Below are positions 1 to 7,992 of a stretch of 64,000 nucleotides of DNA, one piece after another (position 1 is the first letter of the stretch; every line of letters starts with the position of its first letter). The DNA comes from Candidatus Pacearchaeota archaeon (GTDB lineage: Archaea; Nanobdellota; Nanobdellia; Pacearchaeales; GW2011-AR1), in NCBI GenBank assembly GCA_041659265.1, contig JBAZYP010000009.1, positions 12,201 to 76,200 of the forward strand, given 5' to 3'. The notes below the pieces were generated by a model. The model was not told the origin of the DNA and ran no database searches. It was given only the letters and a program-made list of their open reading frames with translations. Both the position numbers and the translations under genes were made by a program.

Positions 1-1
1 T

Positions 2-226
2 AAATCAAAACCTGGAACAAATCTTACTTTTGATATAAATGAACTTTACAAGATATCTAAAAAGAACAAATATGAGGGTGGAATAATTAAGATAGATAAT
101 GTTGATAATAAGGTTACGGTTACTCTTGTTTCTGGAAAGGGATATTCTTATAGGTTATTTAGTGATAATGATGTTTTATGGGAATTAGATAAAACTGGAG
201 GCAAACTTCATTTGTTTGTAATTTAA
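2..226 (+). CDS. hypothetical protein, C-terminal fragment (gene starts left of window)
   Basis: Frame 2 is open from the window edge to TAA 224-226 (..LTFDINELYKISKKNKYEGG..KLHLFVI*). The stop abuts the ATG of the next gene, so it belongs to the same operon. Confidence 0.35.
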   Translation, partial: KSKPGTNLTFDINELYKISKKNKYEGGIIKIDNVDNKVTVTLVSGKGYSYRLFSDNDVLWELDKTGGKLHLFVI

Positions 227-691
227 ATGTCAGATAGTACTTATATTTCTCCTGGTCTATTTATAATCTTAGGAATAGTTAGTGTAGGAATTGTCCTAAG
301 TGTAATAATGTTTTTTAGTAATATTGCAGATGTTAGAATTGAAGAATCTAAATCCTTATTAGATCGTGTTGTTGATACCATATCTGATAATGGTTATTTG
401 AAATCTGAAATATTTGAAGAAAATTATAGTCTAATTGAAAATGCAAAATTAAATAATAATCTTTTTGCTGATGGATTTATTTATTTATCTTTAGAAATTT
501 ATAAAATGAATTCCAAAATAAAGGAGATAGATGTAGGAGATAGCGATTATAAAATTCAATGCAGATTAAAAGGAAAACATTATCCAAGATGTTATTATAA
601 GGAATTTATACTCGCAGATAAAAATAATCCTTTAGAAATCTATAAAATAAAGATATTAACTGGATCAAATAATTTGGGGAGTAGTGTATAA
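227..691 (+). CDS. small membrane-anchored protein, member of pilin-like cassette
   Basis: ATG abuts the previous stop. N-terminal hydrophobic helix PGLFIILGIVSVGIVLSVIMFF, then a ~120 aa soluble part. No family recognised. Confidence 0.45.
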   Translation: MSDSTYISPGLFIILGIVSVGIVLSVIMFFSNIADVRIEESKSLLDRVVDTISDNGYLKSEIFEENYSLIENAKLNNNLFADGFIYLSLEIYKMNSKIKEIDVGDSDYKIQCRLKGKHYPRCYYKEFILADKNNPLEIYKIKILTGSNNLGSSV

Positions 692-1243
692 ATGTTAAAT
701 AAAAAATCTCAAATAGGTCAAACTCTTACTTTAATTCCTGCAATATTTATAATTTTTTTTATAATGCTTTTATATCTGTTATTTTTTGGATTATTACTTA
801 CTAAAAAATCTGATTATAATGAACAAAATGTTGATATAATTCATGTTCCAATAGATCCTGTTGTTACAAACGTATTTTATTCTTTTTTAAATAGTCATAT
901 AGAATATTTGGGCGAAAATAGAAGCATATATGATTCAATAATTTATTCTATTAATAATCCTAATGAAAAAAATGATAAAGAGCTTATATTTTTAATAAAT
1001 AAAAGGTTAGATTTTTATTGCAATAGATATAGGCTTTTAATTCCTCAGGGTTTTATAGATGAAAAAGGACTCAGAATTCCTACTTATATCGAGAGTCTTG
1101 ATAATTTTGCAGATACAGAGGAGAATCTTGGAAGGTGGACAAGAAGTATAAGTTATAATTTAAAATATAATGAAGAACCAATTGAAATTAAATTTAGAAT
1201 ATTAAAAAGCTGTTTAGGTGAAGGAGAAATTAAAGTTGAATAA
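692..1243 (+). CDS. pilin-like protein (short basic N-terminus + long hydrophobic helix)
   Basis: MLNKKSQIGQTLTLIPAIFIIFFIMLLYLLFFGLLL.. resembles a class III (prepilin) signal. The start abuts the stop of the previous gene. Confidence 0.45.
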   Translation: MLNKKSQIGQTLTLIPAIFIIFFIMLLYLLFFGLLLTKKSDYNEQNVDIIHVPIDPVVTNVFYSFLNSHIEYLGENRSIYDSIIYSINNPNEKNDKELIFLINKRLDFYCNRYRLLIPQGFIDEKGLRIPTYIESLDNFADTEENLGRWTRSISYNLKYNEEPIEIKFRILKSCLGEGEIKVE

Positions 1244-1244
1244 A

Positions 1245-1706
1245 ATGAATAAAAAATCAATGTCAATTTCTATAGTTTTACTTGTAATAATGACATTAGT
1301 ACTTGTTGGAGTTAGTTTAACTTATTTTATTATTAAAGAGAATAATAATCAACAATTACTTCAGGTTTCTAGTAGTATTGATTATCTTTCTATTGAGGAA
1401 AGCCATTTAGATATTACCTTGGATAAGTTATTTTTAGAATCTGTTGTTGGAATCAAAACTCTAGATAGCAAACAGATTTTTATTGATAGATTAAATGAAA
1501 ATATTCCTAAATACCAGGATTATTATTTTTTGAAAAATCTAAATTCAATAAAAGAACAGGTTAAAGAAGAAAATATTGAAATAAATACTGAAGGAATTAA
1601 TTGGAAAGTTGAATTTATTATAGAATCAGTTAAAAATAATCCAAAAAACACGTTAAATGCAAATTATTTATATTCGAGGAAGTTTGAAAAGGTTTTTAAA
1701 GTTTAA
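1245..1706 (+). CDS. pilin-like protein
   Basis: Track ORF 1218-1706 trimmed to ATG 1245 (MNKKSMSISIVLLVIMTLVLVGVSL..), 1 nt after the previous stop. Same KK + hydrophobic-helix N-terminus. Confidence 0.45.
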   Translation: MNKKSMSISIVLLVIMTLVLVGVSLTYFIIKENNNQQLLQVSSSIDYLSIEESHLDITLDKLFLESVVGIKTLDSKQIFIDRLNENIPKYQDYYFLKNLNSIKEQVKEENIEINTEGINWKVEFIIESVKNNPKNTLNANYLYSRKFEKVFKV

Positions 1707-1755
1707 TAGGTTTTTAAAATTAAATAGTTTTTATTATGAAAGGAGGTTTATTAAA

Positions 1756-2100
1756 ATGAATAAAAAAGGTGAGGGAGTTAGCATGACTGGAGTTCTAGTT
1801 GCTGTTGTTCTATTAGTAGTTTTAATGGCTATAGTTGTATATGGCTTTACTGTAGGATGGGGCGATTTATGGAACAAAGTTACTGGATTTGGTGGTGGAA
1901 AAGTTAATGTTCAATCTGTAATAGATGCATGCAAGGTATCTTGTTCAACAAATCAAGTTTATGAATATTGCACTAAAACAAGATCTATAACATTTGCTGA
2001 AGCTGGTGAAGCTGAAAAAGGTTTAACATGTAAGACTCTTGAAGCAAGAAGCGCTGGTGCATTAAGTTGTGATACAATAACTTGTCCTGCTCCGGCATAA
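1756..2100 (+). CDS. Cys-rich pilin-like protein, candidate major subunit
   Basis: Track ORF 1657-2100 trimmed to ATG 1756, which has GGAGG (1742-1746) upstream. MNKKGEGVSMTGVLVAVVLLVVLMAIVVYGF.. is followed by a C-terminal domain with 6 Cys. Oligo-T runs follow the gene. Confidence 0.5.
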   Translation: MNKKGEGVSMTGVLVAVVLLVVLMAIVVYGFTVGWGDLWNKVTGFGGGKVNVQSVIDACKVSCSTNQVYEYCTKTRSITFAEAGEAEKGLTCKTLEARSAGALSCDTITCPAPA

Positions 2101-2145
2101 TAATATTTTTATTTTTATTTTTTATATATTTTTATTTTTATTAAT
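2101..2145 (+). terminator. oligo-T tract after pilin cassette (archaeal-type terminator candidate)
   Basis: Several T5-T6 runs lie right after TAA 2098-2100, followed by a ~300 bp gap before the next gene. Confidence 0.3.
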
Positions 2146-2408
2146 TAGGAGTTAGAAAAGATTTAAAAATTCTTTTTTGTTTTTAATATTGGAGATTATA
2201 TAAAAAGGGATTAAAAATCTCTTAAGATTTTTAGGATATGCCTAATACTTGAAAAAAAACAATGGATTACGGATATAATGATAGAAGAAAAACAAAGAAT
2301 GACAAGAGAGCTAAATCTAGATATAATAAGTATAAGAAAGGCGGAAGTCTACGAGTTCAAAATAAAGATCGAGATAAAAACTGTTGATATCTAAAAAGAG
2401 GTTTATAT

Positions 2409-3257
2409 ATGGGATTTAATCCTGAATTATTGTTTTTAATTGTACTCGCTTTAATATGGATAATTGGAGCCATATTACAAGATTTAAAACGAAGAGAAGT
2501 AGATAATATCTGGAATTTTTCTTTAATTGCTTTTGCATTATCTTATAGGTTTTTTGTATCTATATTTCAAGAAAATCCCTGGTTTTTTTTTAATGGAATA
2601 ATTGGTTTTTTTGTATTTTTGATCTTAGGAAATGTATTTTATTATTCTAGACTTTTTGCAGGAGGAGATGCAAAACTTTTGATTTCTCTTGGAACTATTT
2701 TACCATTAAGTTATGATTGGATTATAAATGCAAAGATATTTTTGATATTTATAATTGGTTTTCTTGTTTGCGGGTCTATATATGCCTTAAGTTGGTCTTT
2801 AGTTTTAGTAATTTTAAATTTTAAGAGATTTTTTAAGGAATTTGTTAAACAATCTAAAAATTATAAAAGATTTTATTTAATATCTATATTTTTTGCTAGC
2901 ATCTGGATAATTTTAACTTTAATTTTTCTAGATAAAATATTTTTATTTATAGGATTAATTATAGTTTTATTTCCAATTTTATTTGTATTTGCAAAATCTG
3001 TTGAAGAAAGCTGCATGATAATACCCACTAGCCCTTTGAAAGTAACTGAAGGGGACTGGTTATATGAAGATATACTAGTTGGAGATAAAAGAATTAAAGC
3101 AAGTTGGGAAGGAATTTCAAACAAGGAATTAAAATTAATACAAACCAAATATAAGAAAAAAATACTAATAAAACAAGGGATTCCATTTACCCCTAGTTTT
3201 TTATTTGGATTTTTAATAATACTTTTTCTTTTATTTAAAAATAATTTTTATATCTAA
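2409..3257 (+). CDS. prepilin/preflagellin peptidase, A24 family (PibD/FlaK/EppA-like)
   Basis: Polytopic membrane protein with the two aspartyl motifs of A24 peptidases (..ILQDLKRREVDNIWN.. and ..FAGGDAKLLISLG..). It sits directly after the pilin-like genes. Confidence 0.8.
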   Translation: MGFNPELLFLIVLALIWIIGAILQDLKRREVDNIWNFSLIAFALSYRFFVSIFQENPWFFFNGIIGFFVFLILGNVFYYSRLFAGGDAKLLISLGTILPLSYDWIINAKIFLIFIIGFLVCGSIYALSWSLVLVILNFKRFFKEFVKQSKNYKRFYLISIFFASIWIILTLIFLDKIFLFIGLIIVLFPILFVFAKSVEESCMIIPTSPLKVTEGDWLYEDILVGDKRIKASWEGISNKELKLIQTKYKKKILIKQGIPFTPSFLFGFLIILFLLFKNNFYI

Positions 3258-3293
3258 CAAATAATTTAAATAACCTCAAAAGCTTATATAATC

Positions 3294-3569
3294 ATGAAAA
3301 AAAAGAGGAGTTTAAACAAGAATCATAATACAAAAGAAATAAATTTTAATAGTACTCTTTATGCACTTAAAATTTCTTCATTAGTTTTATTATTTAGCGT
3401 ATTTTTATTAATTATTACATTGTTTAATCTAGGATTTTCTTTAGATCAGATTTTAAGAACTTTATTTAGAAAACCTAGTGGCAATGATTTTTTAGCAATA
3501 TTTGCAGGTTCTATACTTTTTATTGTTGTACCTTTTGTTTTAGGCGTAAAAGCAAATAATAAATTTTAA
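3294..3569 (+). CDS. small membrane protein
   Basis: 91 aa with two hydrophobic helices. No family recognised. Confidence 0.35.
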   Translation: MKKKRSLNKNHNTKEINFNSTLYALKISSLVLLFSVFLLIITLFNLGFSLDQILRTLFRKPSGNDFLAIFAGSILFIVVPFVLGVKANNKF

Positions 3570-3587
3570 GAATTTTTAGATTAATTT

Positions 3588-4250
3588 TTAAGGTATTCTA
3601 AAATCTTTTATCTTTGGTAATTTTGATATATCTTCTTTATTTGGGATATATTCTATTTCTTTTTCTTTTTCTTGTGTTTTTCTTTTTTTCCTTAGTTTTA
3701 CTTCAAGTTTATCTTGTAAAAGTTTTAATTCATTATCTTCTAATTTAATTTTTTTTAATGGTTCTTTGTAAATGGGTATTATGTTTATCATTGCATGACC
3801 CATAAGATTGGAGGTTTCTATTTTGATATCTTCTGGTTTAAATTTTTTCTTAATTCTATTTGCTATCTTTTGAGATAGGGACATTGCATTTTTTGGTATT
3901 TTTTCTGTTGGTATGTGTTTTAAAGGTAAAACTATTGAATGACCTCTTGACAAGGGGTTTATTTCTAGAATCGCAATAGATTTTTTATTTTCATCTATTT
4001 TATAGGAAGGAACTTCGTTATTTATTATTGAACAAAAGATACATTTTGGAGGACTAGAAGATTTTTCTTTATCTGCAGATTCTTTTTCATTCATCTGAAT
4101 ATTATTTTTTTTAAGAAATTCTTCTAGTTGTTCTTCATTTAAACCTTCTATATATTTTTTTATTTGATCCTTGTTCTCATTAGGAAGGCTTTCTACTTGA
4201 ATTAATAATTGCTTTTTTATATCTTCAGCTTCTTCTTTTGAAAATACCAT
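3588..4250 (-). CDS. HIT-superfamily protein with degenerate histidine triad and K/E-rich N-terminal extension
   Basis: ..CIFCSIINNEVPSYKIDENKKSIAILEINPLSRGHSIVLPLKH.. is a typical HIT N-terminal half. The triad position reads GHAMINIIP instead of HxHxHxx. Confidence 0.7.
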   Translation of the reverse strand: MVFSKEEAEDIKKQLLIQVESLPNENKDQIKKYIEGLNEEQLEEFLKKNNIQMNEKESADKEKSSSPPKCIFCSIINNEVPSYKIDENKKSIAILEINPLSRGHSIVLPLKHIPTEKIPKNAMSLSQKIANRIKKKFKPEDIKIETSNLMGHAMINIIPIYKEPLKKIKLEDNELKLLQDKLEVKLRKKRKTQEKEKEIEYIPNKEDISKLPKIKDFRIP

Positions 4251-4308
4251 TGGCTATATAAGAATAAAAGGGTTTAAAATATTATGGTAGTATCTAATAA
4301 AGTTAATT

Positions 4309-4827
4309 TTATTTTTTATATTTTCTTAAAATAAAATCTGGAGTGTAATTATTTTTTAAATAAAAATTCTGTATATTTTTGGGCAGTAATCTGAATTGAT
4401 CGATTAAACCTCTGCAATTTTTTGAACCACATTTGCATTTACATGTCCATAATCCTCCTCCGGATTTTTTTATTTTTTCTTCATTATCATCCATTGTCGT
4501 AGAATAATCATAGGTAATCTCATCTCCCCTATTTATATCTCTTAATGCTTTTAATTTAGATTTTTTTGAGAGATATGCATTTGGATTACATGAATGATTA
4601 AATGTTCTTGATAGTTCATCTAAATCCAGATATTTTTCATTATCTACACCTAAGGGGTCTGCACCATCTTCAAGATTTTCATCAGTTCTTCTTATCATTT
4701 CATTTAAATCCATTAATTCTCCCCTTAAGAAACAAATTGTTTTTCCTTTTTTAATTGAAATTCTAGCATAAACTCCTTTTCCAGAAATACCTGATTTTTT
4801 AATTATTAAATCTGATTTTTTCACCAT
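4309..4827 (-). CDS. SET-domain protein-lysine methyltransferase
   Basis: GKGVYA, FNHSCNPNA and GDEITYDY motifs, plus a Cys-rich post-SET segment WTCKCKCGSKNCRG. Confidence 0.85.
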   Translation of the reverse strand: MVKKSDLIIKKSGISGKGVYARISIKKGKTICFLRGELMDLNEMIRRTDENLEDGADPLGVDNEKYLDLDELSRTFNHSCNPNAYLSKKSKLKALRDINRGDEITYDYSTTMDDNEEKIKKSGGGLWTCKCKCGSKNCRGLIDQFRLLPKNIQNFYLKNNYTPDFILRKYKK

Positions 4828-4957
4828 AAAATAAAGAAAAGAATAATCTATATAAAAATCTAACTTAAAAATTTATTTTAAAAAAATAAGAATATTAACT
4901 AATTATCCAATTGCTCTACCTCGCAATTGTGTAATCACAATGAAGAATATTAGCTAA

Positions 4958-5230
4958 TTATCCTATCGCTCGTCTAAAATCTATAACTTCAGCAGAACTT
5001 ACATTTTTGAATTCTTGGATGGCATCAATTGTAGGATCTATTGAGATTTCTTCTTCCCAAGAAATCATTGCAATAACTGCAATAAGGCCAAAAGCAATTG
5101 GTTCTCTTTCAAACTTTATACTTTTACTTCCTTGTTTTTCTAGAAGTTCTCTAGTTTTTGTTTCTATATTATCTAAATCTGCTTGAGGTGAGTCAGGCAT
5201 AATTTTAATTTTAATTAATGCAAGTGCCAT
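4958..5230 (-). CDS. ef1b: translation elongation factor aEF-1 beta
   Basis: 90 aa. ..IKIKIMPDSPQADLDNIE..EREPIAFGLIAV..SWEEE.. fits archaeal EF-1beta in length and motif pattern. Confidence 0.8.
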   Translation of the reverse strand: MALALIKIKIMPDSPQADLDNIETKTRELLEKQGSKSIKFEREPIAFGLIAVIAMISWEEEISIDPTIDAIQEFKNVSSAEVIDFRRAIG

Positions 5231-5442
5231 AGCTTAGAAAGGATTATTTTTGTTTATAAAGGTTTCTAATTGCAAATTTTGTTAAGAATTAGTAGATTTT
5301 ATCATTTAATCAATTTTAGAAACAAAATATCTTATTTTAGATATAGAACAATTGCTTAAACTTCCATGTTAAATCTATAGTTTTAAACCACAATCATTAT
5401 AAAGGATATTTTTTTAAAGAGGTTAGGAAAAAGGAGAGATAT

Positions 5443-6375
5443 ATGGACACTAATTATCAATCAGTAATAGATTTTATTTCTGAAAAATCTGGGATTTCTA
5501 AAGAAGAGATTGAAAAGAAGATTGAAGCAAAGCAATCTAAATTAGCAGGGCTTATTTCTAAAGTTGGAGCAGCACAAATTGTTGCAGCTGAACTAAATGT
5601 AAGTTTTGATAAACAGAGTATTAAAATTTCTCAAATTGTTCCTGGAATAAAAAAGATAAATATTACTGGAAAAATTATAACTCTTTTTCCAATAAGGGAA
5701 TATAATAAAAATGGCAGAGCAGGCAGAATTGGCAGTTTTATCTTAGCAGATGAAACAAGCAATGTAAGGGTGGTTTTATGGGATGAAAACCATATTGAAC
5801 TAATCAGCAAGGGAGATATAGCCACTAATAAAGTAATTGATATTGAAAATGCAACATTAAGAAATGGGGAAATTCATTTGACTTCTTTTTCTGAAATAAA
5901 AATTTCCAATAAATCTCTTGATAGTGTAATTGTTGATAAACCTAAGGTGAACAAGAAAATAGCACATTTTAATCCTAATGATAATGTTTTAACAAGAGCA
6001 TTTATTGTTCAATTTTTTGAACCACGTTTTTTTGAAATATGCCCTGCATGCAAAAAAAAGGTCAGTGAAACTAAAGAATGCCTTACACATGGTAAAGTTG
6101 TATCTGAAAGAAGGGCTTTATTAAATTTTGTTATTGATGACGGGACTGAATCTATAAGATCAGTTGTATTTTCTGATCAGATATCTAAAATTATGCCTGG
6201 AATAGATATTTCTGATTCTCAAGCATTTTCATTAAAAAAATCAGATTTACTAGGGAAAGAACTTATAATTCATGGACAGGTAAGAAGAAATACTGTTTAT
6301 AATAATAATGAATTTGTTGTAACTGATTTTGAAGAGATTGATTTAAACAAACTTATTCAAGAACTTGAAAATTAG
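5443..6375 (+). CDS. rpa: replication protein A-like ssDNA-binding protein (OB folds + zinc ribbon)
   Basis: OB-fold pattern ..GRIGSFILADETSNVRVVLWDENH.. and a CPACKKKV..C..H zinc ribbon inside the second OB fold. Confidence 0.75.
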   Translation: MDTNYQSVIDFISEKSGISKEEIEKKIEAKQSKLAGLISKVGAAQIVAAELNVSFDKQSIKISQIVPGIKKINITGKIITLFPIREYNKNGRAGRIGSFILADETSNVRVVLWDENHIELISKGDIATNKVIDIENATLRNGEIHLTSFSEIKISNKSLDSVIVDKPKVNKKIAHFNPNDNVLTRAFIVQFFEPRFFEICPACKKKVSETKECLTHGKVVSERRALLNFVIDDGTESIRSVVFSDQISKIMPGIDISDSQAFSLKKSDLLGKELIIHGQVRRNTVYNNNEFVVTDFEEIDLNKLIQELEN

Positions 6376-6384
6376 ATTAATAAA

Positions 6385-6534
6385 TCAGTATTCTAGTTTT
6401 TGATACAATCCTTTTCTTGCCCACTCTTTCATAGAGTTTCTATTGAATCCTTTTAGATATCCTAGAACGAACATTTCTTTAGGATCTAAAATCTCATTCA
6501 AAATTTCTATTTCTTCAATTTCTTGTTTATTCAT
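6385..6534 (-). CDS. small hypothetical protein (49 aa), absent from ORF track
   Basis: ATG at 6534 is preceded by GGAGGAAAAA. Product MNKQEIEEIEILNEILDPKEMFVLGYLKGFNRNSMKEWARKGLYQKLEY*. Convergent with rpa. Confidence 0.35.
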   Translation of the reverse strand: MNKQEIEEIEILNEILDPKEMFVLGYLKGFNRNSMKEWARKGLYQKLEY

Positions 6535-6570
6535 TTTTTCCTCCTTGTTATTTAATATAAAGCGATTAAG

Positions 6571-7423
6571 GTGCTTTATTGTAAATCAGTTAAGATATTA
6601 GCTTATAAAGCAATTAGGAAGGAATTATTCAGAAGAACGATTCATAAGACTTATAAATGGATTTTAATGCCTAATATTATGGTTATTAGCCTATCTATTG
6701 GAGATTTTTATGGAATTGATTCTTTTGTTGAATTATTAATTGTAGTAGTCGCATTGATAATTTTTTTTTTATAGCAGAAAAGTATACAAAATAATTAATA
6801 ATAAAAATTATAAATATTTTTCATTCGCATTTTTATCAATCGCAATAGCTTATATTTTTAAGATATTGTCCAATTTAACAATAAAACATGTACTTATAAT
6901 AGAAAAAGCTAATCTCATATTTACTTTTACTTCTCAGATGAGATATATGGAAGCTATTAATTTTTTTAGTTATATGTTTTATAAAACTTTTAGTGTTATT
7001 GGATTTTTGATATTATTTTTAATTTTAACTAAGACTGATAAAAAGGAAAAGGTTTTTATGTTTTTTTATATGAGTCTTATTGTTGTATTTTTTAGTGTAT
7101 ATTATAATTTTATTTTTCATATGACTCTTATACTTATCCTTGTATTTTTAACTGAACATTATTATAGAAACTATTGCAAATTCAAATCTTTTAATAGCCG
7201 ACTTGTATTTTTTGCATTTTCGATAATTTTAATATCACAAATAATTTTTGTTCTTTCAGTTATCTTTTCAAAGTTTTATAGTGTGTTTTACTTATTTGGT
7301 GAAATACTTTTACTTATAGGATTTTTTTGTCTTTTAATAAATCAGATCAAATTAAAAAATGAAACAAAAACGAACAAGATTAGAAGTCGTAAGAGATCTT
7401 TTAGAAGTGCTTCAAAAAAATAG
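6571..7423 (+). pseudogene. polytopic membrane protein interrupted by a frameshift inside a T10 run
   Basis: ORF 6571-6774 (frame 1) stops just after T10 at 6761-6770. Frame 2 is open from 6761 and continues as ORF 6866-7423. Removing one T fuses them with no stops. Confidence 0.4.
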
Positions 7424-7628
7424 ACAAGTGAAAATAACTCACTTAATCTATAAAGCAAATCTTTCTAACAATAGTATCAAACCTTATTTAGAAGATCTTT
7501 TGAAAAATAAATTAATGGAGCAATATAGCGAAGAAGATAATCGATATTTTAGATTAACAAAAAAGGGACAGGAATTTTTACAAGAATTCAATAAGATAAA
7601 GATTTTCTCAGAGAGTTATGGATTATAA
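7359..7628 (+). CDS. small winged-helix DNA-binding protein
   Basis: 89 aa. ..RLEVVRDLLEVLQKNRQVKITHLIYKANLSNNSIKPYLEDLLKNKLMEQ..RYFRLTKKGQEFL.. shows an HTH + wing pattern. It overlaps the end of the upstream membrane ORF. Confidence 0.6.
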   Translation: MKQKRTRLEVVRDLLEVLQKNRQVKITHLIYKANLSNNSIKPYLEDLLKNKLMEQYSEEDNRYFRLTKKGQEFLQEFNKIKIFSESYGL

Positions 7629-7631
7629 AAC

Positions 7632-7768
7632 ATTCGCTATAAGCGAGATAAGAATGATTCGCAATCTAAAATTAATTTAGATTGCTCATTTAATAAGATT
7701 TTAAGAAATTCTAAATGGTATTAAGAAATTAATTTATAATAGATTCTATCGCATAAGCGAGATAATCT
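7632..7768. repeat. two copies of a small hairpin element sharing ATAAGCGAGATAA, plus a 10-bp-stem hairpin
   Basis: The 13-mer occurs at 7639-7651 and 7753-7765. Each copy lies inside a 5-bp inverted repeat (CATTC..GAATG; AGATT..AATCT) with an inner TCGC-loop-GCGA. A perfect hairpin GCAATCTAAA-attaa-TTTAGATTGC lies at 7661-7685. Confidence 0.6.
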
Positions 7769-7992
7769 TATGTTTATTGTTTTTTTTCATAATATATAAC
7801 CCAGAGGGGTAATCCTTATAAAGAAATTCATTTTTTAGTTAAGATGGTTGTGGAAAAGAGATTGATGAAAGTGAATCTAAGAAAAAGAAGTCTAAGAAAA
7901 AAGAAGAGGTAAAGGAAACTAAACTTTCTGATCTTCCTGGAATAGGTCCTGCTGCACAGGAAAAACTTGAAGCTGCAGGAATCTTTGATGTT

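Noticed and set aside
2262-2387. 41-aa highly basic ORF (MDYGYNDRRKTKNDKRAKSRYNKYKKGGSLRVQNKDRDKNC*) in the 300-bp gap before the A24 peptidase gene
   Set aside because: It has no Shine-Dalgarno-like or TATA context that I could see, and its composition is just what an A-rich spacer would translate to. Coding status is unsupported.
7844-7912. 22-codon ORF MVVEKRLMKVNLRKRSLRKKKR* as an independent small gene upstream of radA
   Set aside because: It overlaps the open RadA frame that encodes the conserved HhH domain. It is better explained as the true RadA start displaced by a frameshift (see finding).
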